From the NCBI GenBank assembly GCA_000320545.1, contig ADNK01001429.1, positions 1 through 40,864 on the forward strand: a stretch of DNA of 40,864 nucleotides, read 5' to 3'. The notes under the pieces were generated by a model, which was given only the letters and a program-made list of their open reading frames with translations, had not been told where the DNA came from and ran no database searches. Positions 11,826 to 23,474 of the stretch are shown piece by piece. Source of the stretch: Bigelowiella natans CCMP2755 (taxonomy: Eukaryota > Protista > Cercozoa). How positions within the stretch are numbered: position 1 is the stretch's first letter; each line of letters opens with the position of its first letter. A program made the position numbers and the translations under genes.

Positions 11826-12707
11826 CAGCACGTACGTGCGCACCGTCTAGCCGTGTCGTGATTGCACGCACCGCACAACACGCCAGATCCAGAGGTGATG
11901 TGGCGGACAACTACCACACTGCCAGACTGGCACACGTGCGCATGCACTGCGACACGAGAAACACAAATGCACTTTTAATTCTTCATCACATCCGTCTCAC
12001 AAATGCACTGCGAAATTTGCACCTGCTAGCCTGGCTAGCTCAAACAGAGCTAGATCTGAGATCGCCACCACTGGACCACCATGCCGCATGCAGCATCACA
12101 ACAGTCAAGCTAGCAAGTCGTGCTTCTGAACAAACCAAGTGCCACACGTTTGCCCTGCACGGCACTGCCACGACGTTCTGTGCGCAGGCTAGCAGGCATG
12201 TGCGATGCGGTCGTCAGTGGGCAAGTTTTCACGTTGCGCACTTTCGCAATTTTTGCCACCACGAACAGCTGGACAGTGGGGCAATGAAGTGTGGGGCATG
12301 CCAGCATGGTCGTGACACGCTAGCATGGCGGCGAACATCGGCACATTGAATGCAAACATTTTTGAGCGTTGGCACAGTCACGTGCAACTTGACACTCAAT
12401 ACGACGCACAGGCGACACGCTGCTGTCGACACGACGTGGCGACGCGTGTCCTCTCGAGCAATGTGGTGCAGGTGCGAACCAGCGAAGAAGAAGAAGCGCC
12501 AGGAGCAGAAACGCACGAGTGAATGATGTCATTCTAGTCATTTGTCATTTGAATGGACAAGTGAGTGACGTTTGAATGGGTGATCGATTGACACGATTGA
12601 AACGTTGATTCGTGTTCGTTTCGACGTTCCGACAAGCCACCGCACAAGCTAGCAAGCGCTGCTGACAAGCTGAGTGAACTTGTTGGTTTGTTTGGGAGAA
12701 AGAAAAC

Positions 12708-13065
12708 AAGAAAGTTCACTGATCGACCACACTTCCAAACACTTGCATGGCACTTGCGAAGTGCGCCTCAAGCTGAAAACAACGAGAACACACGAACTCT
12801 CTGGTTTGAAAACCAGCACGTTGCAAAATTGGCACGCATGGCTACAAGGAGGCAGCACAACTGAGAATTGAGAGGGACGTCGCAGCGCATCCATCCTGAT
12901 CAGAAACTTCCTGACGCCTTTGTTGACGAGGCGATCCTTGTCCAAGTCATGTCACCTGAGGGCTCACCCAACAGGACTCTGGCTCTTGGAGGGATGAAAC
13001 CAGCGAGAAAGAAAGAAGAGAAAGAAAGTTCACTGATCGACTACATTTCCAAAGTGTTTGCACAG
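12708..13065. repeat. Dispersed direct repeat pair 12708..12750 and 13022..13065
   Basis: AAGAAAGTTCACTGATCGAC[C/T]ACA[C/T]TTCCAAA is shared by both copies. Confidence 0.9.
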
Positions 13066-13252
13066 TGCGAGAGGGGTTGTTGCGTCAGCCTGTCAACTAA
13101 AAACATTGAAGCAAATGAGCATTTCCAGAAAGTTTCCGTTCAATAATTTGCCGCACGAAATTTCATTTTGAAATTCATTCAGTGGAAAGTTCAAGCTCAA
13201 CAATTTGCCAAGCGAACAGGCAGTTCAGTTCACGGCTGTCCGTGCCTAACTG

Positions 13253-13400
13253 ATGGCTGTGGCGATTGTCCTCGGTCCTTATGGCACCTCACTCTCTGGT
13301 GCATCATCTCCCTCCACGTCGTCTTTGAATCTATCAGACGTGCAAAGTAGCACGGGATGTATAAGGGACCGCTTAGGCTGGGCTGCTGAGACACTGGTCA

Positions 13401-13444
<44 letters not shown>

Positions 13445-15546
13445 TTTGCCGGCATTTCCCCGCCCTAGAACTTACCCCTTTTTAATCTGTCAGGCGGAGC
13501 ATGTTTTCTCCCAACATCAAACTCTTCAGCTTGGACTCTACGGTGTGAGACTTGATGGAACGACTGAGGTAAAAGGATTCTAACATAGGTTCGGCTGGTG
13601 ATGACTCAAGAACAGGCGGGTTTAAGGGGAAGGGAGGAAGCTCGTTGCTCGATTGTTCTTATTCTCCCTTTTGTTGGTGTTGTTATCATCATTATTATGT
13701 TGGCAAGGTGTATCATGAGTGTGGCCACAGTCAGAAGGTAGTAGTGCATATCGGGTGCGGCAGGAGAAATGGAGGAGGATAAACAACGACGACGACGACG
13801 ATGACGACGACGATTATGTTTTTGGAACATTTAACCGAACGATTTTTCCCCTCCCCTTACCACCTTAGAGCGTGATGACAAGCATTCGGTGCATGGGGGC
13901 GGATCGGCCCCTACCCCGGAGGCCCCCTCAGTGGAAGACATATGGACAGCCTAAGGACAAGGCTAGGAAGGAGAAGAAAAAGCCTCCAGAGTGGCTCAGT
14001 AATATGAGAACAGAAAAAAGAATGCCATCATCCTTAGACTTGTGATACTTGAGTTGCGCTTATATTTTCTTCCATATTCCTGGTCGATCTCGTAATAAAG
14101 ATTATTCTGCTCTAAGCCTCTCCTCTTCCTTCTCCCCTTTCCTTTTGCTGTTATTGTTATTATTGTTGTCGTTAAACATGTTGATATGTGCACATTAGGC
14201 AGGGAAGCTGAGGATGCTCCGCACTGGCTTCCTGAAGGATGGAAATGGTGCAAGGTGAATGAATATAGTAGTAATAAATAGTAGTAGCTCGATGTGAAGA
14301 AGGGGGGGGTTATAAGATTTTGCGACGACGTCGACGAGCATGAAATGATATGGTATTTTGCTATTCCTGCAAATGCTACTCTATGATCATAGTACTACTG
14401 CTGTTGTTGTATTGAGTGCAAACACGTCAACAACATCAGGTGCAACGGACGTTTGGCTCCTCAGCTGGCACGTACGACAAATACTTCCGAGCACCCAACG
14501 GCAAGGTGATATTTGCTGCTGTTTCACATGGTGTTGATTCTTATCTCTGTGCTCTTGGTCGTCGCCCTTCACTATGATACCCTTCGTGGGTAGTGTGATG
14601 GGGCATCGGCTGCCTGATCACTAAGAAGTAAGAGCAATGGAGAGCATTATGTGCTAGCAAGGACAACTGAAAGAATCAGTGGGTTTTGTCCCATGGAATG
14701 ACAAATGATTGCCACAGGATAGGAAATATCAATGGTTATAGAAAGTATATTTTGGGAGGTGCAGGCATGCTGGTGATGTTATCATTCTCTTTCGTCATCG
14801 TCCCAATTGTCATCATCATCATCATTTATGGTCTTGACTTTGTTGTACTGTTTCATTCTTGTTCTCCTCCTCCTCCTCCTCCTCCTCCTCCTCCTTCCTT
14901 TTGTCCAGTTTGTACGTAGCAAGCATGAGGTGTTAAAATTCGACCCATCCAAGCCTCACAACACGCCCTCCTCTGTTAACGACGATGACCCGGACCGAGA
15001 CCGTGGTTAGTTTGTCTGTGTGTGCGTGCATGCGTGCGTGTGGTGGGGTAAGGATATCCCCCCCCCCCCCTCTCTCTCTGGCTTTCTGTTTCCGTCTTTT
15101 TGTCTGAGTGCCTCTCACATGACGATTATTACAGGAACGCAGCAAGAAAAGTGGCCGCCTCAAGGCGAAGGAGGGCAAGGAGGAGAGCACGAAGAAGAAG
15201 AAGAAGAGGAAGAGGGAAAAAGGCAAAAAGACGCGGAGCAAGAGGTCAAGGAAAGTGATGAAGGAAAACATGGGGCTGATGCTGCAAAAGGGGGTGGCTG
15301 TGGTGGTGCAAGTACATCTCCCAGTGTCGTCGATATCACTTCTCATAACCAATATTCAATCGCGCACAATGGCTTCCAACAAGCTCTCTACAAACTCGTC
15401 AAGGTGCCACCACTAACTACCAGTGTGATCATTATAAATTGATCGCATTGACGGTCCTCCTCATCACAACAACGACACAATCAACTTTGAGCATCATTCA
15501 TCTTCGTTTTGGCACTTTCTTTCTCCCCCCCTCTTACTACCTTCCC

Positions 15547-15590
<44 letters not shown>

Positions 15591-15688
15591 ATCGCTGCTG
15601 CTGTCCCTATTCTTTCTCCTTGTCAATACCAGAGAATCGGGCGTAAAGTTCATCCGTGTGCGGTATACGTTATAGTTTTCTCGGATCT

Positions 15689-15720
<32 letters not shown>

Positions 15721-15810
15721 TTCGACACCAATCCTACCTCCCCCCCCCCCCCTACAAGCACTCAACGGTATTCCACGTAACCAGCAGCGACGTTACTTGC
15801 TCTCCTTTCG

Positions 15811-15844
<34 letters not shown>

Positions 15845-16128
15845 GCACTGCCTCCTGCCTGATTTGAAGAGAGAGCGCAGGGTGCAGCACGTGTACCACC
15901 TAAATAACACGGCGGCAGCGACGATAATGGGGAGGAGAGGGGGGAGGAGGAAGAGAAGGAGAACAAGTTGCAGCAGTAGCGGAGAGGAGACTGCTGTGAG
16001 GAGAAGGATGAAGCAAGACGACAATACTACTACTACCTCCATTACTACCACGGCAATAATGACGACAGCAACCAACAAGAGCGATAGCAATAATAAGAGC
16101 ACCACCAAGATGCATCCTTCCCAGGTCA

Positions 16129-16162
<34 letters not shown>

Positions 16163-19101
16163 CGATGATGACAAGTAAGAGGGGAAGATAGAAGTGAACG
16201 ACTAAAGAGCATAGCAACAGCCAGCATAACACACAAACACGCACACACGCACAAACACGCACACACAAACACACAAACACGCACACACGCAGGAGATGGC
16301 TGGTCTCTACGCTCTGATCGACGACGTGTTCCCTACGCAAAAAATACGCAACCTGTACTTTGGCTACCTCAGGTGGTGATTGGTTGATCGATCGATTGGT
16401 TGATCGACTGATGAGTATGAGGATGACGGTGGTGGTGGTGGTGGTGTTCTTCCGCAACAACTGCATATTTCACACCACCATCATGATCATCATCATCACC
16501 TTTGGTTTTGTTGTTGTTGTTGTCGTTTGCTCTATGGCTGGGTTGCAGGCTGCCGGTCGCCATCACGCCAGAGCCGCTTGCATGCCCAGGATCTCCCAAT
16601 ATCGACTCTAGCATGATGGTAATAAATACCCATATTAATTCTATCCTAAATTTGGAATAGTAGCCCGTGAGTGCCTCCTCACAAACACGCATTCACGCAC
16701 GCATACAAATAATTAGGTGCTGGGATTTATCGATAGGCACAGCATGGCCATACCGCCATTTATGGCGGAGTATGTGGTCACGACTCCAGCGACAGGCGAT
16801 TTCCATGCTGCGTATCCGTCTCATGCCTCCCCTGAAAAATCAAGGTTTTGTCCTCCTCCTCCTCCTCCTCCTCCTCCTCCTCCTCGTGCTTAATGCTTGT
16901 TGTGGTCGCCAGTAGTGTGTTTCTGATGTGTATGTGCGTGTGTGAGATACTTACTTGCAGTGTTTCTTTCTAGGCCTTGAGTAGTAAGATAAATGATGCC
17001 TGTCTTCCTGCAGTAGGATTGCTACGATATCATTCATATAATGATGGTGATGATGGTGATAAATGATGATGACGGTCGCGTCTTGCACACCCGTCCTCCT
17101 CCCCCCCTCCTCCCCCCATTTCTTTGTTGTACTCGCAGGGCGGATTACCTGTATAGCGTCTTGACTGACAGCGTGCTGAAGGAGAAAGTAGCGGCAATTG
17201 TTAAAGTCCGAGCGGCCAAGGTAGTAGTAGTAGTAGCACGTATCATCCATCATAGCATCCATCATGCGTAAGAAGTTCCACTGCACCCGTGTGCAATAAT
17301 GGACAGCCGCTGAGTTGTTGTTGCGCGTATCTCCTCCTCCCCCGCGCCTCTTCTTTCTCTTCTTTCGCCTCTTTCTCCTCCTCTTCCTTCTCATTGATAC
17401 GTTATTACACAAAATTCTTGCTGGCTACTACGACGACAGCAACAACAACAACTACTACTACTACTACTACTACTACCACAACTCCTACCGCGAATAATAG
17501 TAACCAAACACTACCTAGGAGGTATATGCTTGCTTGTATGTTCCTAAATCGGAGGAGAGACGCCCGAGACTGCTGCTGGGCGTGTTTCCAGAACAGTAAG
17601 AGATAACGCAACACCATCATAGCATCAACGTCGCCTAACCCTCCCCCTGGTTCTAACATGGAACGAAGGGAGAGAGGGGGGAGGGGCGGCATGTGTGCGC
17701 TCTTGGTTCTGTTTCTATCGTCCATCATGTTTCTGAATACGAATGCAGGTACATCGTGGGTTGGCTTGGGGAATTCGGCAAATTGTATCCGATCAAACTA
17801 GAGCACGACACGATGCAGCCCCCCCCTATGGCAGCAGCAGCAGCAGTAGGGGGGGGGGGGCGGGTGATCGAACCGACTCCCCCGAAGAAAGAGAAGAAGA
17901 AGAAGAAGGACGGCAGCACAGCTAGTAGCAGAAGCAGCAGCAGCAGCAACGGAGAGCGGAAAAGAAGGGCGGCGGTGAAGATGGAGAGATCAGTGTCAGA
18001 GGGATCATCATCACCTCCGCCCTTGAGAAAGAGCGCCTCGTTGCCTCCGTCTTCACGAACGACATCCTTCTCTGCCCCCCCCTCTTCCTCCTCAGCAGAG
18101 GCAGCGGCGTCCTCCGCACTCGATATTCTCGGAGCTGCTGCAGAGAGGGCTGCAGAGGAGGCGAAGAAGACGAATGATGAGGGAAGCGCAGCAATGTCAG
18201 AGGAGGAGGAGGAGGAGGAAGAGGAGGGAGATGACGATGAGGACAACAACACAGATAGCGCTCGAACGAGAAATAAGGACAACGACGACGACGAAGATGG
18301 GATAAGCAACAAAGAGAGCAGGCACGCTGTGAAGGCAGAAGGCGATAAGGACAAGGAGGAAGGGGACAAGAAGGAGCAGAATGATGATGACGAAGGTGGC
18401 AAAGAAGGGCAGCATCAGCATGCTCGGAAAACATCAAAGTCCAAGGCCCAAAAGCCATCGATGATGCCGCCATCTTCATCATCCTCCTCCCTGCCATCAG
18501 ACCGGCCTTCAAATCTTCCCAACAGTATACTTACAGCTGCGCGGAGAGGGAGGCCACAGGCTACACGCGCTGGTACTGCTAATCATCCATTGCTGCTACT
18601 AGTACACTACAACAAATCATATGCATCAATACTGATTAGTAAGAATGGTAGTAAATGCTGTGAGCCCGGGCGACGATCAGGCCACACAAATAATACTTGT
18701 TCTTGTAGGCTTTGATGAGATACAGAGGAGTTTGTTGCGTTTGCAAAGGTTACGCCGTGTGCATTTCGATCACCATCACCACCACCATCACCACCACCAC
18801 CACCCATATGAGTGTTATCATCGTCATCACCATCTTCAATCATCATCATCATTCGTTCTGGCCTCATTAATATCGTTTCTAACTTATGATCGATCCCCAC
18901 ACGAAAATCAGGTACTCCAAGGAACACATGTCCCTCCAAGGTGGTAAGAGAAGGAGATAGCAGTAGCAGTAGTAGTGGTGGTAGTGGTAGTAGCAGCATC
19001 AGCAGCAGGTAGCAGTAGTAATAATGTGTGTTATCGAGATGAGTAGGTTTGCTCCGGAGGTCTTGTTCACATGTTTGGCTAGTTGGGGGGGGGGGGGGTA
19101 G

Positions 19102-19132
<31 letters not shown>

Positions 19133-19284
19133 TGAGGATGAGAGGCAAGAAGTAATTGTTTGGAGAGATGAGCTAGGCGAACTAAGGGGGAAGATAATGC
19201 TTCTAACTGACATTATATGCATATGCAAAATCAGCGCTTAAGGAAGAGTGCAAGTGGCTTCTCAAAGGGGCAACCCTATTATTG

Positions 19285-19320
<36 letters not shown>

Positions 19321-19724
19321 TATTCAAGAACAACAAACTTTATCAACGATTTTTTTTTTATTGTTATGTATCTCCCCCACTGTCATTCCTCCTCCTCCTC
19401 CTCCCCTCCTCCTCCTCCTCCTCCTCCTCCTCCTCTCCCTCTTCCCCTCCAGCCTCATCTTCCTCCCTATCCCTCTGTTTGCAGTTATCCAAACCTCACG
19501 GACGAGGTACAGACGGTCATGCAGGAGGTACTATCAATCAGCAAATGTAACAAGTTGCCTTCCTCGAATCCATTACGATCACTTATACCACAGTGCGATG
19601 AACATGCGAGCACCCCACGGCTAGTAGACCTGCGGTCATTGGTGGGGTGTCTAACGATTAGCACGTGAATAATGGTTTGTAGGTCGGCATTACAATGGAG
19701 GATCTGACTACTGGGGGAGACTAG
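13253..19724 (+). CDS. Methyl-CpG-binding-domain (MBD) protein, multi-exon, with long low-complexity regions
   Basis: Exons 14203..14254, 14440..14505 and 14909..15005 splice in phase to HWLPEGWKWCK-VQRTFGSSAGTYDKYFRAPNGK-FVRSKHEVLKF. This matches the MeCP2/MBD pattern LPEGW...QR..G.SAG.YD.Y...P.GK..RSK.E. Flanking exons run from ATG 13253 to TAG 19724 (...VGITMEDLTTGGD*); some internal junctions are uncertain. Confidence 0.8.
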
Positions 19725-20529
19725 CATGTTCCAAGAGACCGTGCGACTGGTGAAGCTCTCGCTTCTTGCCGATGTGTACCACGAAGGCTCACGCACACAA
19801 CGGTAAATTGCAGCAGAAGTGAAAATGGAATTGGAAATATTGCGAGACGGGTGTAATGAAGTGATTAAAACTTTTCAATGGCTATCCTAATGTAGCTATG
19901 CAAAGCAGCGGAAACATTGCGCATACATGGCTTCGCATCTTTGCATGATCGCATCGTATACGTTGCTTTAGTGTGCATGCGCTTCATGATGAAGCATTTA
20001 TAAGCCCGCAAAATCGCGACTTATATACATGCAAGCAAGTTACGTTATTGTCAATGCCACACTAGCATGATCGGACGACTACAGAGAGATGACTGTGGAA
20101 ACCAACTTGGGACCAGAATCGTGTCGTCACTTCCAAAACGACCAGACGAACAAGCATGCAAGCAAAGCGCAGCATTTTCACGTAAAAATGGGAGGTCTCC
20201 GCCGCCGGCGGCACAGAGCATTGGCTGCGAGATCGAGTTTGAATAAGTCGACGTTTACAGGCGGATTGATTCCGTTTATTTTATAATTTAAATTATCATC
20301 GCGAGCGTCATACAAGTGGGAAAAGCTTTCCTAACCTATGCAGTGGCAGGAGTACATGCGGTTAAAGTTCTCATTACAATAATATCATATGCGACGAGTA
20401 GCACGACAGCGTATAACAAATATACGTCATCACAAGACACATCACTCAAGCTCGTTCAACGCTGCTCGTATGGCTATTAAAACCTAAAGAAGTTGTGTGG
20501 CAATGATTTCAGCAAATCTGAACAGTACT

Positions 20530-22154
20530 CTATCTATGTGCTGCAATTATGCCGATGATGTCTTGCAACCGTACCTCTCGAAGCGAATGATATGAAGCCT
20601 TCCCTGAGATGCCGTCGCTGCCTCTGATATCAAGCCCGCATACAGTTTGAGCCCATTTCTTCGCCCAATTCTCTTCCTCTGCAACCTCGCTGCAACCGTA
20701 GGAATTTGTGTAAGCTTGCTTGATACCTCGAATCAACTCTTTGCCCTACGTTCATATCGACGAGGAGGGAGGAGGAGGAGGAGTGGGTCAGAGCTGTATG
20801 ACAGAGCAGCAGAATGTCTGCAGCTTTCACACACGGATGATAATAATCATTCGTATGCATTGTGATAGTATAGTGTTGTTATGACTAAGACGAGTATATG
20901 TACAAATGATACCTCGTCGTCCTTGGGACTTATTCGGTCTAATATCGCTTTCATCTTGGAGGCTTCCTATATGTGTGTGTGTGTGTGTGTGTGTATAAGG
21001 GAACAGCAGCAGCAGCAGCACAACAAAAAACGTGTGGGGTGTCGCTAATTAGCTGCAAGACAACGGCGATGACAATGATAGTCGCTGATAAGATGGCGGT
21101 GTCGTAAATTCATTGGATATAACAAACTCCGTGTGACAAACCATACCCCCGCGGCAGGGCGTACTGTCGCCATTTTGACCCCAGGATGATACCTGAAAAC
21201 CGTAAATAGCAGTTCCTTTACGACATGCACGTGCTCGTCAATTCTAAGATGACGGATTCTCGCTGTGCTGAGAACACCGATGCTTGCTGCTTTTGGGCAA
21301 GTTGCGTCAGTGATCTCGGTTGGAGTTCGGACTTCGATTTGAACATCCGCCCACCATCATTACTCGCATACCGTCATCTTCTTATCATCGTCACCGCCCC
21401 CCTCCACTTCCAGCATTTTTGCCATCCAACACCAGCACCAGCATCGGCTCTTCTACGTCCCCCCCCCTACTCCTCTAATACTAGTTTTCAAACTAAACCT
21501 GAACTCCAAAGCGAGAGGCGTGTCGCGCCACTGCTGCTGAAGCTTGTATTCCAAGCAGAGAATCAGGGAGATAGGGTGGGGTTTCATTAGTGTGGCAAAG
21601 GATGGAGAGTTGTTCTTGGAGGCATCATCATCATTCGAAGGGGCCGCAGCATCCATTAACATGTCTGGTGGTGCATTTTCCGTCGGCTCCCTGTCCGCAG
21701 TATCCGATTCTTTTACTTTCAGTGCCGAAATTCTCAGGGGATTGGTCTCGCCTTCATGATTTCTCATTGATGAAGCTGCACAGCAGAGGACAAAGAGGGG
21801 GGGCGGTAGCAATCCTGCATTTGACGGAACGAGGGTGGCTCTAGCATCGTCTTCATTTTTTGAGGGAGTTGCCGAAGCAAGTGCCGTAGCGGTGGTTGGG
21901 GTTGTTGATGAGGATGATAATGATGACGATGACGATGAAGAGGAAGGGAACAAGTTTTCCGCGATTGCGCCTGCCTTCTTACAAATGGTTTGCAACTTGG
22001 CGGCCAGGGAGCTAGATTTCGACTTGAAGCGTATCTGGAGAAGAAGGAAGTTAAAGTGTCAATGCGCTTATGGTAACAGAGATAGTGATCTTTGTACGTC
22101 AAGAATCATATGGAAAAATGTATAGAAAGTGGTTGCAAATATATATATATATAA

Positions 22155-22208
<54 letters not shown>

Positions 22209-22981
22209 TCACCAGGCTCCCTGATTCCAGCTTGCGTTTCTTTCTCAAGGTTTCCAAGTAATTAGCAAGTTCCCCGCGCTTGTAGATTTCGAAAGCCATC
22301 CTCTTCGATGTGTTGACTTTCCCACTACCCACTCTAAGGTGTTCTGGAGCCTCAGCTTGGAATTGCGATACAGACGCGAGACCCAAAGGGGCGGCATCAA
22401 AGTCCGAAGACTTGCAGCGCCGAATGTCCTTCATGATGTATCTCTAAGGACGTCACAACAACAGCAACATCAACGACAACAATATAATAGCAGATCCGCC
22501 GATCGGTCACGAGGATGACACACTTTTAATACGTAGGGAAAATGTCTGGGACCTTCTCCTCTAGCTTCGTCTGCCATTTCATCGTTGCACCTTCCATGCT
22601 GCGCTGGATTCTCCTCTCCTGCCATGATCAACAAGGAGATTAGGACGACGAACGAGCAAACGACAGGGAACCCACTCGCACGATGATGTGTGAGAAATAA
22701 GAATACTATTCACCATTTGTTCCAGAATATCATCGTAGGATCGCTCTGCCTCTCGCAACTCCACAATTCTGCTCATGAATGAGCGCTGCATCTCCGCAAT
22801 CTGTTCGGCGCCCAGCTTCCCCTCCAGCTTTGCGCTCCTGGAAAAAAGAGTAACAAATGGGTTATGAGGGCCTCTGCCCACTCTCTAGCTACCCAGTCTA
22901 TTACATGGCCTTCTCAGCTTGGGACTTGATATCCTCTAGAATGGGCTTTGGATTCACGACGGCACCAGTGGTAGACTCCAT
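20530..22981 (-). CDS. THOC5: THO complex subunit 5 (FMIP family)
   Basis: Spliced product: LEEKRYIMKDIRRCK...LASVSQFQAEAPEHL...RMAFEIYKRGELA...SSLAAKLQTICKKAGAIAENLF, AGLLPPPLFVL, KPHPISLIL...LALEFR|YHPGVKMATV...ILDRISPKDDEGKEL...KWAQTVCGL. It is colinear with recalled THOC5 motifs (EAP, LPPPLYVL, RHPLSV, YLWVQKLGGL). Confidence 0.8.
22139..22206. repeat. (AT)n microsatellite in THOC5 intron
   Basis: Directly visible. Confidence 0.95.
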
Positions 22982-23474
22982 AGTTGCCTGCGAGAGCGAG
23001 AGACGCTATTTTCTGTTATTGTTGTTATTCTCTGAATAATACTGTATGGATAATTAATTACCCCGAAAACATCTTATATCGGTGATTGGATATCTGCTGA
23101 TCGAAGACGGTCCAAAATATGTCCCTATTTCATCCTGCAGATATATACTCCGTTGAGAATAAACACACTGTTGCCATATGCAGCTACTTAATTAAATACG
23201 ACTAGCTGCTCAGGCCGCGGAAGTATCCTCGAGTATTTTTTGACCCAATTTTCAAATGTTGGTTCCCAGAAGAAGTTGAAAAGTTGGGATTTCTTCTTCT
23301 GTGAGGTACCCCCCTAAAAGAAAGGAATAAATGCAGTGGTTGTATATGCTGCGACAACGCTATTTTCCTTTTTTAAAGAAGGGGTACCATCGTGGTTTCC
23401 GACGTGCGCTCATTGCTCGATAATAAACAAATCATAAACGAAGCGTCTTGCATCCCACCCCCCTCATCGTCAGA
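22982..23474. promoter_or_regulatory. Divergent promoter region THOC5 / nitronate monooxygenase
   Basis: ~490 bp AT-rich interval between head-to-head ATGs. Confidence 0.5.

Larger units (their letters stand above)
11380..13250. other. TpA-depleted, TG/CA-rich degenerate block (possible repeat or pseudogene relic)
   Basis: Hand count: 8 TA dinucleotides in 12181..13140 (960 bp), 7 of them in CTA context, while CpG is plentiful. It contains an internal ~45 bp direct repeat and Tyr-poor, His/Cys-rich spurious ORFs. Confidence 0.8.

Noticed and set aside
11365-13146. Dense overlapping ORFs on both strands as real genes
   Set aside because: Artefact of missing TA-containing stop codons; Tyr-poor and with no recognisable domain.
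11380-13250. CpG-methylation decay or classical RIP as the cause of TG/CA excess
   Set aside because: CpG is abundant and TpA is depleted, the opposite of both expectations.
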